NCBI GenBank assembly: GCA_002269645.1
Contig: NIVC01000273.1
Coordinates: forward strand, 62,001 to 126,000
Length of the DNA stretch: 64,000 bases
Direction of reading: 5' to 3'
Origin: Macrostomum lignano
Lineage: Eukaryota
Both the position numbers and the translations under genes were made by a program. Under the pieces are notes generated by a model, which was not told the DNA's origin, did not search any database, and saw only the letters and a program-made list of their open reading frames with translations. Numbering within the stretch: the first letter of the stretch is position 1; the number at the start of each line of letters is the position of its first letter. Positions 1 through 12,134 of this stretch are shown here, one piece after another.

Positions 1-22
1 TATCATCTAACAGTGAGGTGCA

Positions 23-3000
23 ATGGGTTGCTACCCAAGCCGATCGACGCCGCACAGTTCCAACGGCCTCGAAACTCCGAGAGTTCAGATTGTCATCAAT
101 GTTGAAGCACAGAAAGAGCCGATAGGACCAGGATCATTAGGTCGCGAGAATTCATCTGTCAACATTTCTTGCTACGTTAATGAAGATCCTCAGAATGAGT
201 ATCGACGACAACCGAGCTTCAGTCGGACAATCAAAGGAGGTACGAATTATGAAAATCATGAGCAGTCGACTCAACAAAACTATGGCGATACTTTCAAGTC
301 TAGAGGTTTGAGAAAAAATAAAGTGCAACCTCTTCCACTGTCAGAAAAGGACTCTACATGTACAAGCTATTCTAGTGAAGAGGCGTGGAAATAAAAAACC
401 CTCCAACATAAAAATAAACGAAAGCCTTGGAAATCAAAACAAAACAAGGTGCGACCTGTTGCCGATACGGATCAAGTGCATCCGAGTCCACCGACCACTG
501 AAGAAAAGGCTTCAGATTCAGCTACGGATCAAGTGCATCCGAGTCCACCGACCACTGAAGAAAAGCCTTCTGATTCAGCTACGGATCAAGTGCATCCGAG
601 TCCACCGACCACTGATGAAAAGCCCGCTCAATCAGCTACGGATCAAGTGCATCCGAGTCCACCGACCACTGATGAAAAGGCTTCAGATTCAGCTACGGAT
701 CAAGTGCATCCGAGTCCGCCGACCACTGAAGAAAAGCCCTCTGATTCAGCTATGGATCAAGTGCATCCGAGTCCGCCGACCACTGAAGAAAAGCCCTCTG
801 ATCCAGCTATGGAGCAAGTGCATCCGAGTCCGCCGACCACTGAAGAAAAGCCCTCTAATTCAGCTGAAACGACGACCAATCAGTTTGAAAACTCGGCCCA
901 GTCAACTGACAAGAAAAAAATATCGATTGATTTTGAAGCTTTTCAAATAATCGACTCATGTTTTTGTGGTAACGTTTTGTTTTTTTGAATCATTTTCTAC
1001 CCAAATATGTTGTTTTTGCAAAAATTCTTTCCTCGTTTAACAGACTCCAGGACATGCCACAACGTCACTGGAGTCATTGGCTGCTCACCTGTGCGAAGTT
1101 GCAAAAACCGACATCGAAAAAGTTCGAGCTGCTTATAAATGGATTACAAGAAACATTTCGTAAGCTTTTTTATTTTATTTGTAATTAAAAAGACAACTCC
1201 ACTGCACAATCAGCAATATAGAATACACCCAAAACAATCAGATACGACGTAAAGTCTCTTTCGGACTTTGAACAGCGTCTTCCCAATGATCCTGAGTCAG
1301 TGCTGAAAAACCGAGTATGCGTCTGTGAGGGCTACGCACGCTTACTGCAAAAGCTTTGCGAGTGAGTTAAGATTTCATAACTTTTTACGTAAATATTTCT
1401 CAGCGCTTCAGGCAATGCCGAGCTTGTTTCCCACACCAAAAAGGCATCGATTGAAGTGAATGGAGAGGTGACCCTTAAATTCAGAGGAACGGGCTAGCCA
1501 CTCACAGTTTTTAAAGCCAAATTCGTAGATCCCAACACAGGAACCAGAATTAGTAGTGGAAAGTACATCGCGACTGTTTTAAACCGCGCAACGAACGAAG
1601 CCACGGTAACAGCGAGGCCACCGGACTGCGAAAACGAGTATGAGCTGCAGGTATTCGGGACCACCATCGAAAACGCCTCGAAAAGTGACTGCCTGGTGTC
1701 CTATAAGCTGCGCTCTCTTGCCTTCTCGCGCCGCTCCGACTTTCCAGACTTTGACGGCCACTATGGAATCGATCAGGATCCGCGGAATTTTGGATATCCA
1801 AGTGACTTCTGCTCGAATCAGAAATTTTGGATCCGAGTAGAGAGCAGCGAATACGAGCTCAAGATCCCACTGTCGATTCGAACTAGTGCATCAGCTACAA
1901 TTAAATTCGCAGGTGACTCGGAGCCTGATAAGAAGTTGTGTGTGCTTGAGATCACCAACGATTTTCTGACGGTGCACTTGCGACTCACCCGTGTTGGCTT
2001 CTACATCCTCACAGTCTTCTTCAGAGAAGGCGATGCAGATGATTCTGAAAAGCATCTTGCGACTCGCTTTCTCATCGAGTGCCCAAAGCTTCGGCGCGAC
2101 GCTGGAACAAGAGAATTTCCAGATTCAAACGACCACTACGGCTTCATCCACAGTCCTGAAGCGTTCGGCTTTGAAATACCCAGGGAACAGAAATTCTATA
2201 TGAAGCCGGAGCAAGGCAAGCACGAAATCGTGTTTCCTTTGTCGCGTCCACTGAAAGGGGCCGCATCAACTCAAGTCACATTCAGCACTAGGGGTGAGCC
2301 CGCCGAAAAATCGTCTTGCATTCTTCAAGTCACAAGTAAGGCGGTCATCATCAGCTTGCTAATGGAACGCTCCGGGTTTTACACAGTAGTGCTGTATTGC
2401 GACGACTTCGGTTACAAAAAACCTGTGGCACGATTTCTCATCGAATGCACCAATCCACTGCTCAAAACCAGGCGCCTGCCCACTTCCGGAGAGTATGAGT
2501 TCTATGGGATCTACAATGATCCAGAGAGGTTCGGATTTGAAAGTGATTTTAAAGAGACTTCCAGTTTTTGGCTCAAGCCGGAAGGCGGTCAGTATGAAAT
2601 GAGATTTCCCATCCAACCTGATTTCGCTCCCAAGGCATCGGTCAAGATGAAGTTTTCAGGCGAGGATGAGCCGGAAAAACAGTCGTGCGCACTGGAAGTC
2701 ACCGACAAGTTCGTGTCAATCAGCTTGCTGATGAAGCACGCAGGATTTTATGAGCTGAAGCTGTTCTGCAGCGACGACGGTTTCATCAAACCTGTGGCCC
2801 GATACTTGCTTGAATGCACAAAGCCGCTGCGTGACCCTTGGAAATTTCCAGAGCTCAAAGAACGCGAGTATTTTGGTCTGTATTCAAATCCGCAGAGATT
2901 TGGCTTTAGCAAAGATTTCGGTACCGACCGCAGGTTTCACATCAAGGCTGAAGCAGGTGAGCACGAGCTCAGGTTGCCAGTGGCTCGAAGCGTTTTTGCA

Positions 3001-3516
3001 CAAACAAATTTTATGTCAGGGGAAAGCGGCGCCAACAATAACGACATGAGTTTTGTCGAGATCGATGGCGACTTCATGAGGATTAGCCTGCGAATGTTCG
3101 AAGCCGGCTTTCACAAGCTTGAACTATACTGCGAGAAAATCGGCACGAGAAAGGAAAATTCTAGTGGGGGGACCAACTATCATACCGAAAGAGTGGCCAT
3201 CTTTTTAATCGAGTGCTTCAACCCGATGGAGAAGCGGCGTCCGTTTCCTGCTTGGCATCTTGGAGCCACTGACGAAAGAGTGCTGCTGCTGGAACCGCGT
3301 GATGGAGAGCTGCCGAGAAACACGGAGGTTGAGATCAGGCTGGCCTCCCCCAGCCTCAGAAAGGCGACGGTAAATGGCACAACTTTTGAAAAGAATGGCG
3401 AGCAGTTCAGTGCGAGAGTGAAAACCGGATTTAAAACCGAAGCTGTTAACGTATTCGGATCTTCAAACGAGAATGCTGCTTCCCTGCCAGCGGTGTATAC
3501 CTTCAAGGTGTTGTAA
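23..3516 (+). pseudogene. KY-peptidase/hillarin-like transglutaminase-fold gene, paralog 1; disrupted (in-frame stops, His/Asp segment missing)
   Basis: Starts MGCYPS at 23. Exons about 23-968, 1044(or 1051)-1159 (..EKVRAAYKWITRNI), 1242-1361 (..KNRVCVCEGYARLLQKLC, catalytic-type Cys codon 1324-1326) and 1404-3516, with GT-AG introns including one of 42 nt. In-frame TAA at 392-394 and TAG at 1495-1497 (G*P where paralog 2 has GKP). The C-terminal part has four ~125-aa repeats (FP..YG..P..FGF..ELR.P..GFY.L..FLIEC). Confidence 0.7.
467..865 (+). repeat. Coding 57-bp tandem repeat, 7 copies (ATDQVHPSPPTTEEKPSDS)
   Basis: ACGGATCAAGTGCATCCGAGTCC recurs at 57-bp spacing from 467, in frame with the paralog 1 N-terminus. 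Confidence 0.9.
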
Positions 3517-4626
3517 CTAGTTCAATCAAGCTGATAAAACGTGACAATAATGTTGAAGATGAGTTATTGCATGGGATTTGATGTTTATTTAAATTTTTTT
3601 AATGTTTATTCAGCTGTATGCAGTAAAAAGAAGTCCATGCAGTACGTGCATGCAGTACACTACTTTTCTTTCGAATGGCGAAAATCCTAAAGAAGTCTTG
3701 GGTAACTTGGGTAACTTAGTATCTTTATCCTCCTTTATTTATCCGGAAAAGCTTTTCTAACAACCCCTGCGTTCAAATTCAGTTCGGACTAATTTCTATT
3801 AATCCCAGTTTTTACGACTATATTCAGAGATCAAAAGTTATATTTATTCTGAAGCACTAGTTTAACGTTACAGTACTTAATCTTCATATCTTGGATTTTT
3901 TGTGCCTAACAAAACAAAACAAAACAATTTAAAGTTATCTACCAATTTACTGATGCTGGTACACAACAGAAACCCAAAAATTGTTTTAAATTTTCTGCGA
4001 ATATATTCTTTAAATATACTTACTGCCTTATTCCAGAATTACTAAAGAAAATTGTCAGGTTCCTGGGGGACACAGGACGAATTTGTTTCTTCCTTTAATT
4101 CAGTTCGCTAAAAGTTCGTCAAGGTTACTCAACGAGTCCGCATGTGCCCAAAGCCCTCCCTCACACTGACACTCCCTCACATCGGATAAGTTCAAAACTC
4201 AACAGTTCCGTCATTGTGAACACTTGTAAGTTTCTGTCTGTAGAGTTTCAGCTCCAACTGATACTGCTATGCCGTACTATAAAGGCTGAAAGTTGGGATA
4301 AATTTGCATTGTCAGCCTTTCCAGTACGGTATACTGTTGCAATATCAGTTGGAGCTGAAACTTTACAGATAAAAACCATCGAAAATACCGCCAATATTTA
4401 GTAAGCTTTTTAAACACTTTATGACGATTGTAGAATTCCCAAGCTTTACAGTCCCCAACTTCACAATCCCTAAACTGAACAATCCCAAACTACATAATTC
4501 AAAACTTCGAAGTCCCCAAACTTCAATCCCAAGCTTCAAAATCCTCAAACTTGACAATCCCAAACTTAATCATCTCCAGACTTAAATCAACGAAGTTCCA
4601 AATTTCACAATCCGTGCGTGTTTTAA

Positions 4627-5331
4627 CCAAGGACGACTTAAGTAGAAGGACGGGAAACCTCGTTTCTTAGAAAATTTTTGAAGGCACTTTTTCCCGAAAA
4701 AATACACTACGGAGATAGGAAATTTTCATTTTTTCAGCACAAAAATTGCTATTACTTTTGATAGGAGGCAGATCCAGTGCTCATCTTTTGAAATGTTGTG
4801 CCTTTTTTATTTCTCTATCGATATTTATAAAGCTTTTCGTTCAGGAAATTAGGATTCTATGTAAATTTTTTATTTTCCGTATATTTTCACGTGTCTTGTG
4901 ATTGAAATACATTAGAATGCCACGGCACGGCTCTTTGGTTTTAGAAGTCTACCGTATTTTATCATTCTTACCCGACTGTTTAGCAAATATTCGTAACAGA
5001 GATGATAAAATAGATTCATAAAAGCAAATATTGGAGCTGTGTCATGCATTTTTGTGATTTTTAAATACAGGAAATGTACGTAGAATAAAAAATTTACATA
5101 GAATCCAAATTTTCTGAACGAAAAGCTTTATAAATATCGATAGAGAAATAAAAAAGGCATAACATATCAAAAGATGAGCACTGGATCTGCCTCCTATCAA
5201 AAGTAATAGCAATTTTTGTGCTGAAAAAATGAAAATTTCCTATCTCCGTAGTGTATTTTTTCGGGAAAAAGTGCCTTCAAAAATTTTCTAAGAAACGAGG
5301 TTTCCCGTCCTTCTACTTAAGTCGTCCTTGG
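4627..5331. mobile_element. Non-autonomous foldback/MITE-like DNA element with long terminal inverted repeats
   Basis: CCAAGGACGACTTAAGTAGAAGG... at 4627 is the near-perfect reverse complement of ...CCTTCTACTTAAGTCGTCCTTGG ending at 5331, over about 250 bp. TTTTAA directly flanks both ends (4621-4626, 5332-5337). No coding capacity. Confidence 0.85.
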
Positions 5332-5361
5332 TTTTAACTCGTGTTTGTTACTGTGTTAGAA

Positions 5362-5467
5362 ACGCAGTTGTCTATGGTTTGAATGCATTAAACAACGCGC
5401 GGGCTGCGTGAACAAAAAGCAGGTCAGTGTATAAGAGACGCAGTGTCTGGACCATAGACAACTGCGT
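5362..5467. mobile_element. Tiny MITE-like element with 17-bp inverted ends
   Basis: ACGCAGTTGTCTATGGT (5362) and ACCATAGACAACTGCGT (ending 5467) are exact reverse complements around a ~70-bp core. Confidence 0.5.
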
Positions 5468-6269
5468 CGATTACGCTGACCAAAATAAATGAAAGTACGA
5501 CGTATATTTACTTATTCAAGACGCAAGTAACCAATTTTAGAAACAGAGCAAATTCAACACCGTTTATAGAAAGTAAAACTCACAATGTAAATCTGTGATT
5601 CCGTCAGTCATGTCCCTAGCTACGAAACACACAGTTAAACACATCACAGCATAACTTGAACAAATTCAATCAAACGATATGGTGCTGCAGATTCAAGGGC
5701 ATCGGGTAGCGGTGGGGCTACTTACAGCAAGGGCTTTAGATACAATACCGCAACACAACACCAGTGACGGAAAGGAGTGGATTGAAAACTGTTCAATATT
5801 GATTAGGAGTTTTCAAAAATGAACCGGACTTTTGGGGTACACAAACCATAGAGTGTCAGTTTTGAAGCAACTCTGTCAAAATAGAATCGGACTTTGCAGC
5901 CCAACCAGTCAGGCTATTTTAGTTTGTGTGTGTAAAATGATGGAGAAAAATATTTTTTATCAATACTTGTACGAGTAGATCCCAAAAGCAAGGTCAGAAT
6001 GAGCTGATTTTGCACACATAAATTCAGCCCCGTTCAGGTTTGCATTGGATTACTTTGTTACCGAATTCTCCCAGGAGACGTTGACTAAACGTGCATTGTC
6101 AAAATTGAACCAGAGTTGGTCAAAATTGAAGCTTGATCTGTCAATATTGATTGCAGATTTTGAGTGCCCGACCATAGAGTGTCAATATTGAAGAGGAGTT
6201 TGTCGGTTTCGAAGTTCTCCTTGTTCAAAATCGAGGGTAAAATGGTGTATTATCTGCTCCTGTTGGCTG

Positions 6270-6640
6270 CAGGCTCGATCCGGCGAGTTGGAGCTGCGGC
6301 TTCTGTTCTTGTGGACTAAAATTTTTGATCGCCTCTGGGCAGACGATGCAGGAGTTTTGTCTTCCAGAACTGGCTGGCAACCGTCTTGTGCTCAGCGTAC
6401 TGATGGTCGAGTCTGGTTTCCACAAGCTTTATTTGTTAAAAAAGTTCAAGTGGGACTTCCTGGCCAACTTCCTCATTGAGTACCTGCAGCCGATGAAGCA
6501 GCCGGTGCAGTACCCGATCTGCTTCACGGCTGCTCAAACTGAGCACGTGAGGCTGGAGCGGCTGCGAGTTGGCGAGCTGCCAGCCGACTCGGATGTTCAG
6601 ATCCGGATGAGCTGCAGGTTGAAAAAGGCTTCAGAGGCCT
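6270..6640 (+). pseudogene. Orphan frameshifted fragment of a third KY-like paralog (C-terminal part)
   Basis: GELELRL followed, in another frame, by LVLSVLMVESGFHKLYLL..LANFLIEYLQPM..YP..VRLERLRVGELPADSDVQIRM. This aligns by eye with the paralog 1 C-terminus (GEHELRL..MRISLRMFEAGFHKLELY..AIFLIECFNPM..FP..VLLLEPRDGELPRNTEVEIRL). Confidence 0.7.
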
Positions 6641-8013
6641 GTAAAAGCTCTTCAATATGTAGCTGAGAGCCGCAGGTGCGAGCGTATTTTTTTATTAACC
6701 CAACCTTTGCACCGGGTTTGATTGCGCTGCAGACGAGCAAATTGAATGAAATATAAAAGTGCGATGCACTTTGGGGCTGGTTGGGGGGTTGGCGTGCGTG
6801 GCAAGGTCTGGCTTTGTGCGTACCCCTCCCCAGCCGTGCGCCCTGGCCCGTGCTCTGAGTTGGTTGGCTGCGACCCTCTCAAAAGGCGGGGTTTTGATTG
6901 GCTGGCCGGGCCGCGTCTTTTCTTGGTGAGCTTAGCCGGTGGGACCGTCTGCCCCCCAGGCCTGTGTCGGTATTGATTATCGTGCGCTCTTGTTTTTCCT
7001 TCTCGCGCCAGCTTTTCTTTTGCGACGCCACACGACTCACAGCGGTCTGGGCAATTCTCCGAGTCAGTTTCAGTTAAAATTAAACAGACGAAATACTTAA
7101 GTTACCCCGATAACGGGCCAGAAAAGTAAATAGTAGACATCGACTCGAAGCCAAAAGATCAGCAAGTCCAGCACTGCTCTGAGACCTACGAGCAAGTCCG
7201 CCCCTGTTCTGATCAGTTAGCGTCACCGTTAGTTAACTCGGCCACTGATAAGTCGCCTGCTTTGAGTTACTCATTCTTTTCTGAGATGCCTGTTAGGCTA
7301 CAGTAACTTCTTGCCAGAGCATCATAACGCCAGGGAGAGCATATACCAGACCTCTACAGTGCGAGTTTTGAGCGTCATCACGCCAAAACGAGTAACTTCG
7401 TACCCAGAGCGTCATGACGCCTGTTAGCAGTTATATCACATTGGCAGAGTGTCACAACGCCCGCTGGTACCACCTTATAGTACGAGTACTTGGGCTGGGC
7501 ACTCGAACCGACCCGGGTCACTGCACTAGACATAATTAATATGTTGTCTATTAGTAGACATTATAATATTTTTACGATTGCATACTTTGGTCCAAAAAGG
7601 TATTGCCCGCATCTGCTTGCTGGCCAGCTCAAACTCCGATCTGACTCCAAGTTAGCGAGATAGCGCTGAAAGTATAATTCTATTCATTAATTAAACTCCA
7701 AGCCATATTTTTACGAGCAATTATCTGAGTTTTATGCGTAGCTTACCTATGCTCCAAGCGTGATAATGCAGGCCGAGCCTTGCTCCAGTACATTGGGCTG
7801 GTAACCATGCAGCTATCAGTTAGCACAAGTTGAATAAGTGGATAGCTAACCTAAAGTTTTTGGCCAACCTTATCTACCGTCTGAATTATTTCTCAATACT
7901 ACTCTCTCTCTTCGGTTCCACTTGAAAAGGCTTCAATAGTTGCAGTTCTGGCTCTGCAGGGTTGCTGCATGGTGCCAGTTCCCTCTGGAGCAGAGTGCTC
8001 ACTCGTTTGCACC

Positions 8014-11000
8014 ATGGGCTGCGGTGCCAGTGCGGCGGCCCAGCCGCCTTCTTCGGTAAGTAAATCGTACATCTCAGTAGCCCAAGTCGCGAGCTCGATC
8101 AAGTTCTATCGAGTCGAAGGTGCGCGGGTAATTAGCATCGGTGTTTGAAAGTGCCCATTGGAGCCGAGAGTCACAGGAGCTAAGAGTCACGGGAGTTAAG
8201 AGTCACAGGAGTTGGGAGTCACAGGAGCTGAGAGTCACAGGAGCTGAGAGTCACGGGAGCTGAGAGTCACGAGAGCTGGTGAAACAGGAGCTGAGAGTCA
8301 CAGGAGCTGAGAGTCACAGGAGCTGAGAGTCACAAGAGCTGAGAGTCAAGGGAGCTGAGAGTCACAGGAGCTGAGAGTCACAGGAGCTGAGAGTCACAGG
8401 AGCTGAGAGTCACGGGAGCTGAGAGTCACGGGAGCTGAGAGTCACGGGAGCTGAGAGTCACAAGAGCTGAGAGTCACAGGAGCTGAGAGTCACAGGAGCT
8501 GAGAGTCACAAGAGCTGAGAGTCACAGGAGCTGAGAGTCACAGGAGCTGAGAGTCACGGGAGCTGAGAGTCACAAGAGCTGAGAGTCACACGAGCTGAGG
8601 TTGAGAGTCACAGGAGCTGAGAGTCACAGGAGCTGAGAGTCACAGGAGCTGAGAGTCACAGGAGCTGAGAGTCGCAAGAGCTGAGAGTCACAAGAGCTGA
8701 GAGTCACAGGAGCTGAGAGTCACAGGAGCTAGTGAAACAGTAAAGCTTTCACTTCTCCTTCATTTAATAAGCTCGGGCCTCTTGTGCCGATCGGGGATCA
8801 GCCGGACCTGCGCTCGCTCAGACGCATCGACGAGTACATCAAGCTGGTGAGTATTAGCTCACTCTCAACCCACCGTGATTAGATCACTCTCTGTCCACCG
8901 TGGTTAGATCACTCTCTGTCCACCGTGGTTAGATCACTCTCAACCCACTGTGGTTAGATCACTCTCAACCCGCCGTGGTTAGATCACTCTCAACCCACTG
9001 TGGTTAGATCACTCTCAACCCACCGTGGTTAGATCATTCCCAACCCACCGTGCTTAGATCACTCTCAACCCGCCGTGGTTAGATCACTCTCAACCCGCCG
9101 TGGTTAGATCACTCTCAACCCACTGTGGTTAGATCACTCTCAACCCGCCGTGGTTAGATCACTCTCAACCCGCCGTGGTTAGATCACTCTCAACCCACCG
9201 TGGTTAGATCACTCTCAACCCACCGTGGTTAGATCACTCTCAACCCGCCGTGGTTAGATCACTCTCAACCCGCCGTGGTTAGATCACTCTCAACCCAGCG
9301 TGGCTAATCATTAGAAACCCACAGCTAAATCTCAAAGAACCAGCCCGAACAACTTCGCAGGCTCCACCGGAAGCCGCGCAGACGCTGCAATCGCTGGCTG
9401 CCTACATGGAGTCCGCTGCCAGCACCGGGCTGGAGAAGGTTCGAGCAGTTTACATGTGGATCACCGGAAACATTACGTGAGGCTGCTTCATTTTAGTTAT
9501 CTTAAGTTGTAAATTTGCACATACTCTATGTACTACTAAAAGGGGTTGCAAGTTAAGCAGAGTTAATTGTGGCTAGTACGCAGCTGAATAGGTTCCCCGA
9601 AGGCAGCCAAAGTGATGCTGGATGCTTGTCTACAAGTCGCACTCCTGCGATAGGACAGCAGCTCTAAGTTGCTGTACGCAGCCTCCCCTGGTGCATCAAT
9701 GCCTCATCAAAATCAACGCCCGATTACCAAAATAATAGAAGCCGGTGTGATAAAGATCTTGGATGATAATGTCCTCTACTCTACTTGTACCTGCAGACTC
9801 GACTCCAGTGAGACGAAGGACCAACTGTCACTGCGAGATGCCGAGTCCGCGCTCCAGCGCGGTACCGGAGCAAAGAATGAATTCAACTTCATTGCGCACT
9901 GCCTGCTCAGGTAAGGCACGAGCACAGGATATTGTTAATCTTCTGTCTGTGTCCTGACAGCGCCCTCATACTTTTAAATCTAAATTTCATAGAATCTTTG
10001 GCGTAGCGTCCAAGCAGATCACCGGGTTCGCCAAGGACTTCGGCTACAGCCCGTTGAAAGCCCTGACGGTAGACACTCGAGTCAACCACGACTGGCTGGC
10101 GGTGCGGGTGGACGGCAAATGGGGCTTCATGGACTGCCTGCTGGGCTCCGGCTGCTTCTCCGACAGCGGCGTCTTTGAGAGACGCCGGACCGACTTTTAT
10201 TTTCTGCCTGCTCCCGAGGTCTTTCTGAGCGACCACTTCCCGCTCCTGAACTCGAATCCCGAGGCCAGCAAGCCGTGGCAGCTCATGAAGGATCCCATCG
10301 ACCTTGAGACATTTCACAGCCGAGTCAGGCGGCGGGAGGCCTGCTACCGGCTGGGCGTGCAGCTGAGGTCCCACAGCAGCGCCCTGATTGACAGCTCCGG
10401 CCAGATGAAGCTGCGGTTCTGGGCGGCCCGAACTTCGTTGAGCCACTTCGGCGCCGCGTTCTTCAACGTGGAAACAGGCGAGAGGTGCCGCAGCAGCCTG
10501 GCGGCCGCTGTGCTGGACTGGCGCTGCAGGGAGGCCGTGGTGCTCGCCCGCGTGCCCACTAGCGGCACCTACTGGGAGCTCCGGCTGTTCGCCGCCATTG
10601 AGTTGACCTCTGCCGAAGATGCTCACCTCGAGTGGCTGACGTCCTTTTACCTGAAATCCAGTGGGCCGGTGGACAAAGAACCGTTCCCGGACTTTGACGG
10701 CTTCTACGGCGCGAAGCTTGACCCGCACATTTTCGGCTTCAAGAAAGAATTCGGCTCCAGCGACGGCTTCTGCATCGAGGTGGACGGCGGCGAGTGCAGC
10801 TTGCGCTTCCCCACCTACATGCCTGTGCGGGTGAGCCCCACTCTGCAGTTCGCCAAGGCCTTGGACCAGCAAAGCAGCAGCTGCTCGGTGGAGATGGACT
10901 ACCTGATGCTCACCGTGAGGATTAGAATGAGCAGAGCGGGGTTTTACCGCCTGACTCTGAACTGCAAAGACATCTACTCGGTCTCGAGCGCGTACACCGA

Positions 11001-11844
11001 GTTCGCCAACTTCCTTATTCGCTGCAAAAAACCGCTACCGAAGCTGGTCGCATTTCCCCGCTTGTGGCACCACAGACACCTGGTGAAGCTGGTGTCCCAC
11101 ATGGAAGAATCGATCCAAGTAGACACTGAGGCGGTGCTGAAGTTCAAAGGCACGGGAAAGCCGCTGAAGCAGTTCATTGCCCGGTTCGTTCACCCGAGAA
11201 CTGGGCAGCGAGTGAGCGGCCAGCACATTGCAGCGGTGCTGGACTATCGCCGGAACGAAGCAACCGTGACGGCGAGACCGCCAACAAGCGGCACCTTCTG
11301 GGAGCTGCAGGTCTTTGCCAGCACTGACGATGAGGCCAGCGCGTCGGACGTGATCGCCTCCTATCAGATCCTGGCCCGCCAGACCTCCTCCGTCAGTCCG
11401 TTCCCCGACTTCAGCGGCTTCTACGGCCTCTGCAGCAGTCCTCGAAAGTTCGGCTTCTCCGCCAACTTCGGCGAGTCGCAGGAGTTTTGGTTGAAAACTG
11501 CAGTCGGCGAGTTCGAGCTGCGCCTGCCGACGCTGGGGACGGTCCGAGCGATGGCAGTGCTGAAGCCGGCGCTGAAGGACCGGACGGAGCAGCAGCTCTG
11601 CACCGTAGAGTCCAACAGCAGGCTGCTCTCCATCAGGACGCGGATTCTGCGGCCGGGCTTCTACCGGCTGACTCTGAGCTGCGCGGAGGCGGACGAGCCC
11701 AGCTCCTTCGCGGCGCTGGCCAACTTCTTGGTCGAGTGCGCAGCAGCGTCCAGCTCGGAGCCGCAGCCGGGACGACAGCGAGCGGACTCAAAGTTGTGGC
11801 GGCTGAGCGACACGGACTCGGGCGTGGCCTACGATGACTGGTGA
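8014..11844 (+). CDS. KY-peptidase/hillarin-like transglutaminase-fold protein, paralog 2 (about 732 aa, 5 coding exons), probable pseudo-enzyme
   Basis: Exons 8014-8055 (MGCGASAAAQPPSS), 8772-8846, 9361-9476 (..EKVRAVYMWITGNI), 9797-9910 and 9993-11844; all are GT-AG and phase-consistent. Contains ITGFAKDFGY..NHDWLAVRVDGKWGFMDCLLGSG (His/Asp motif of the family). The catalytic Cys position is Lys. Confidence 0.85.
8165..8740. repeat. Intronic 16-bp minisatellite (GAGCTGAGAGTCACAG)n
   Basis: About 35 near-identical copies in intron 1 of paralog 2. Confidence 0.95.
8865..9305. repeat. Intronic 25-bp minisatellite (GATCACTCTCAACCCACCGTGGTTA)n
   Basis: Fills intron 2 of paralog 2. Confidence 0.95.
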
Positions 11845-12134
11845 TGACGCCGCCCCGAGTTGATGAGGTGGAAATTCAGCCTCCCAAAAACCACTGGAAG
11901 AAGAAGTAACTGACAATTAAAGGGTTTTTTAAATGTGTTGAAAGTTTTAAAAACTTAAAGTGCATCGGTGAGATCGGTAGGCTCAGGCCTAAGGCTTCGC
12001 CCCCACACCCCATCCCCAACTTCAACCATAGACATACAAGTATGGCTCCGGGATTTATCTGAATACATCCCGCAAAATTAAAGTAGTTTAATCACATACT
12101 CACCTCAAACCCATAGAATATCTTATACTTAGAA

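Noticed and set aside
5427-5439. GTGTATAAGAGAC, a partial Tn5 mosaic-end/Nextera adapter match
   Set aside because: Only 13 of 19 nt match and the flanks diverge; it cannot be called contamination or a Tn5-like end.
5787-6200. Short direct repeats (ACCATAGAGTGTCA at about 5846 and 6171) suggesting an element
   Set aside because: Only about 14-bp matches, with no TIR/LTR structure or coding remnant.
9907-10872. 321-aa antisense ORF, and other antisense or alternate-frame ORFs over GC-rich exons and pol
   Set aside because: Shadow ORFs caused by high GC3 codon bias of the real genes.
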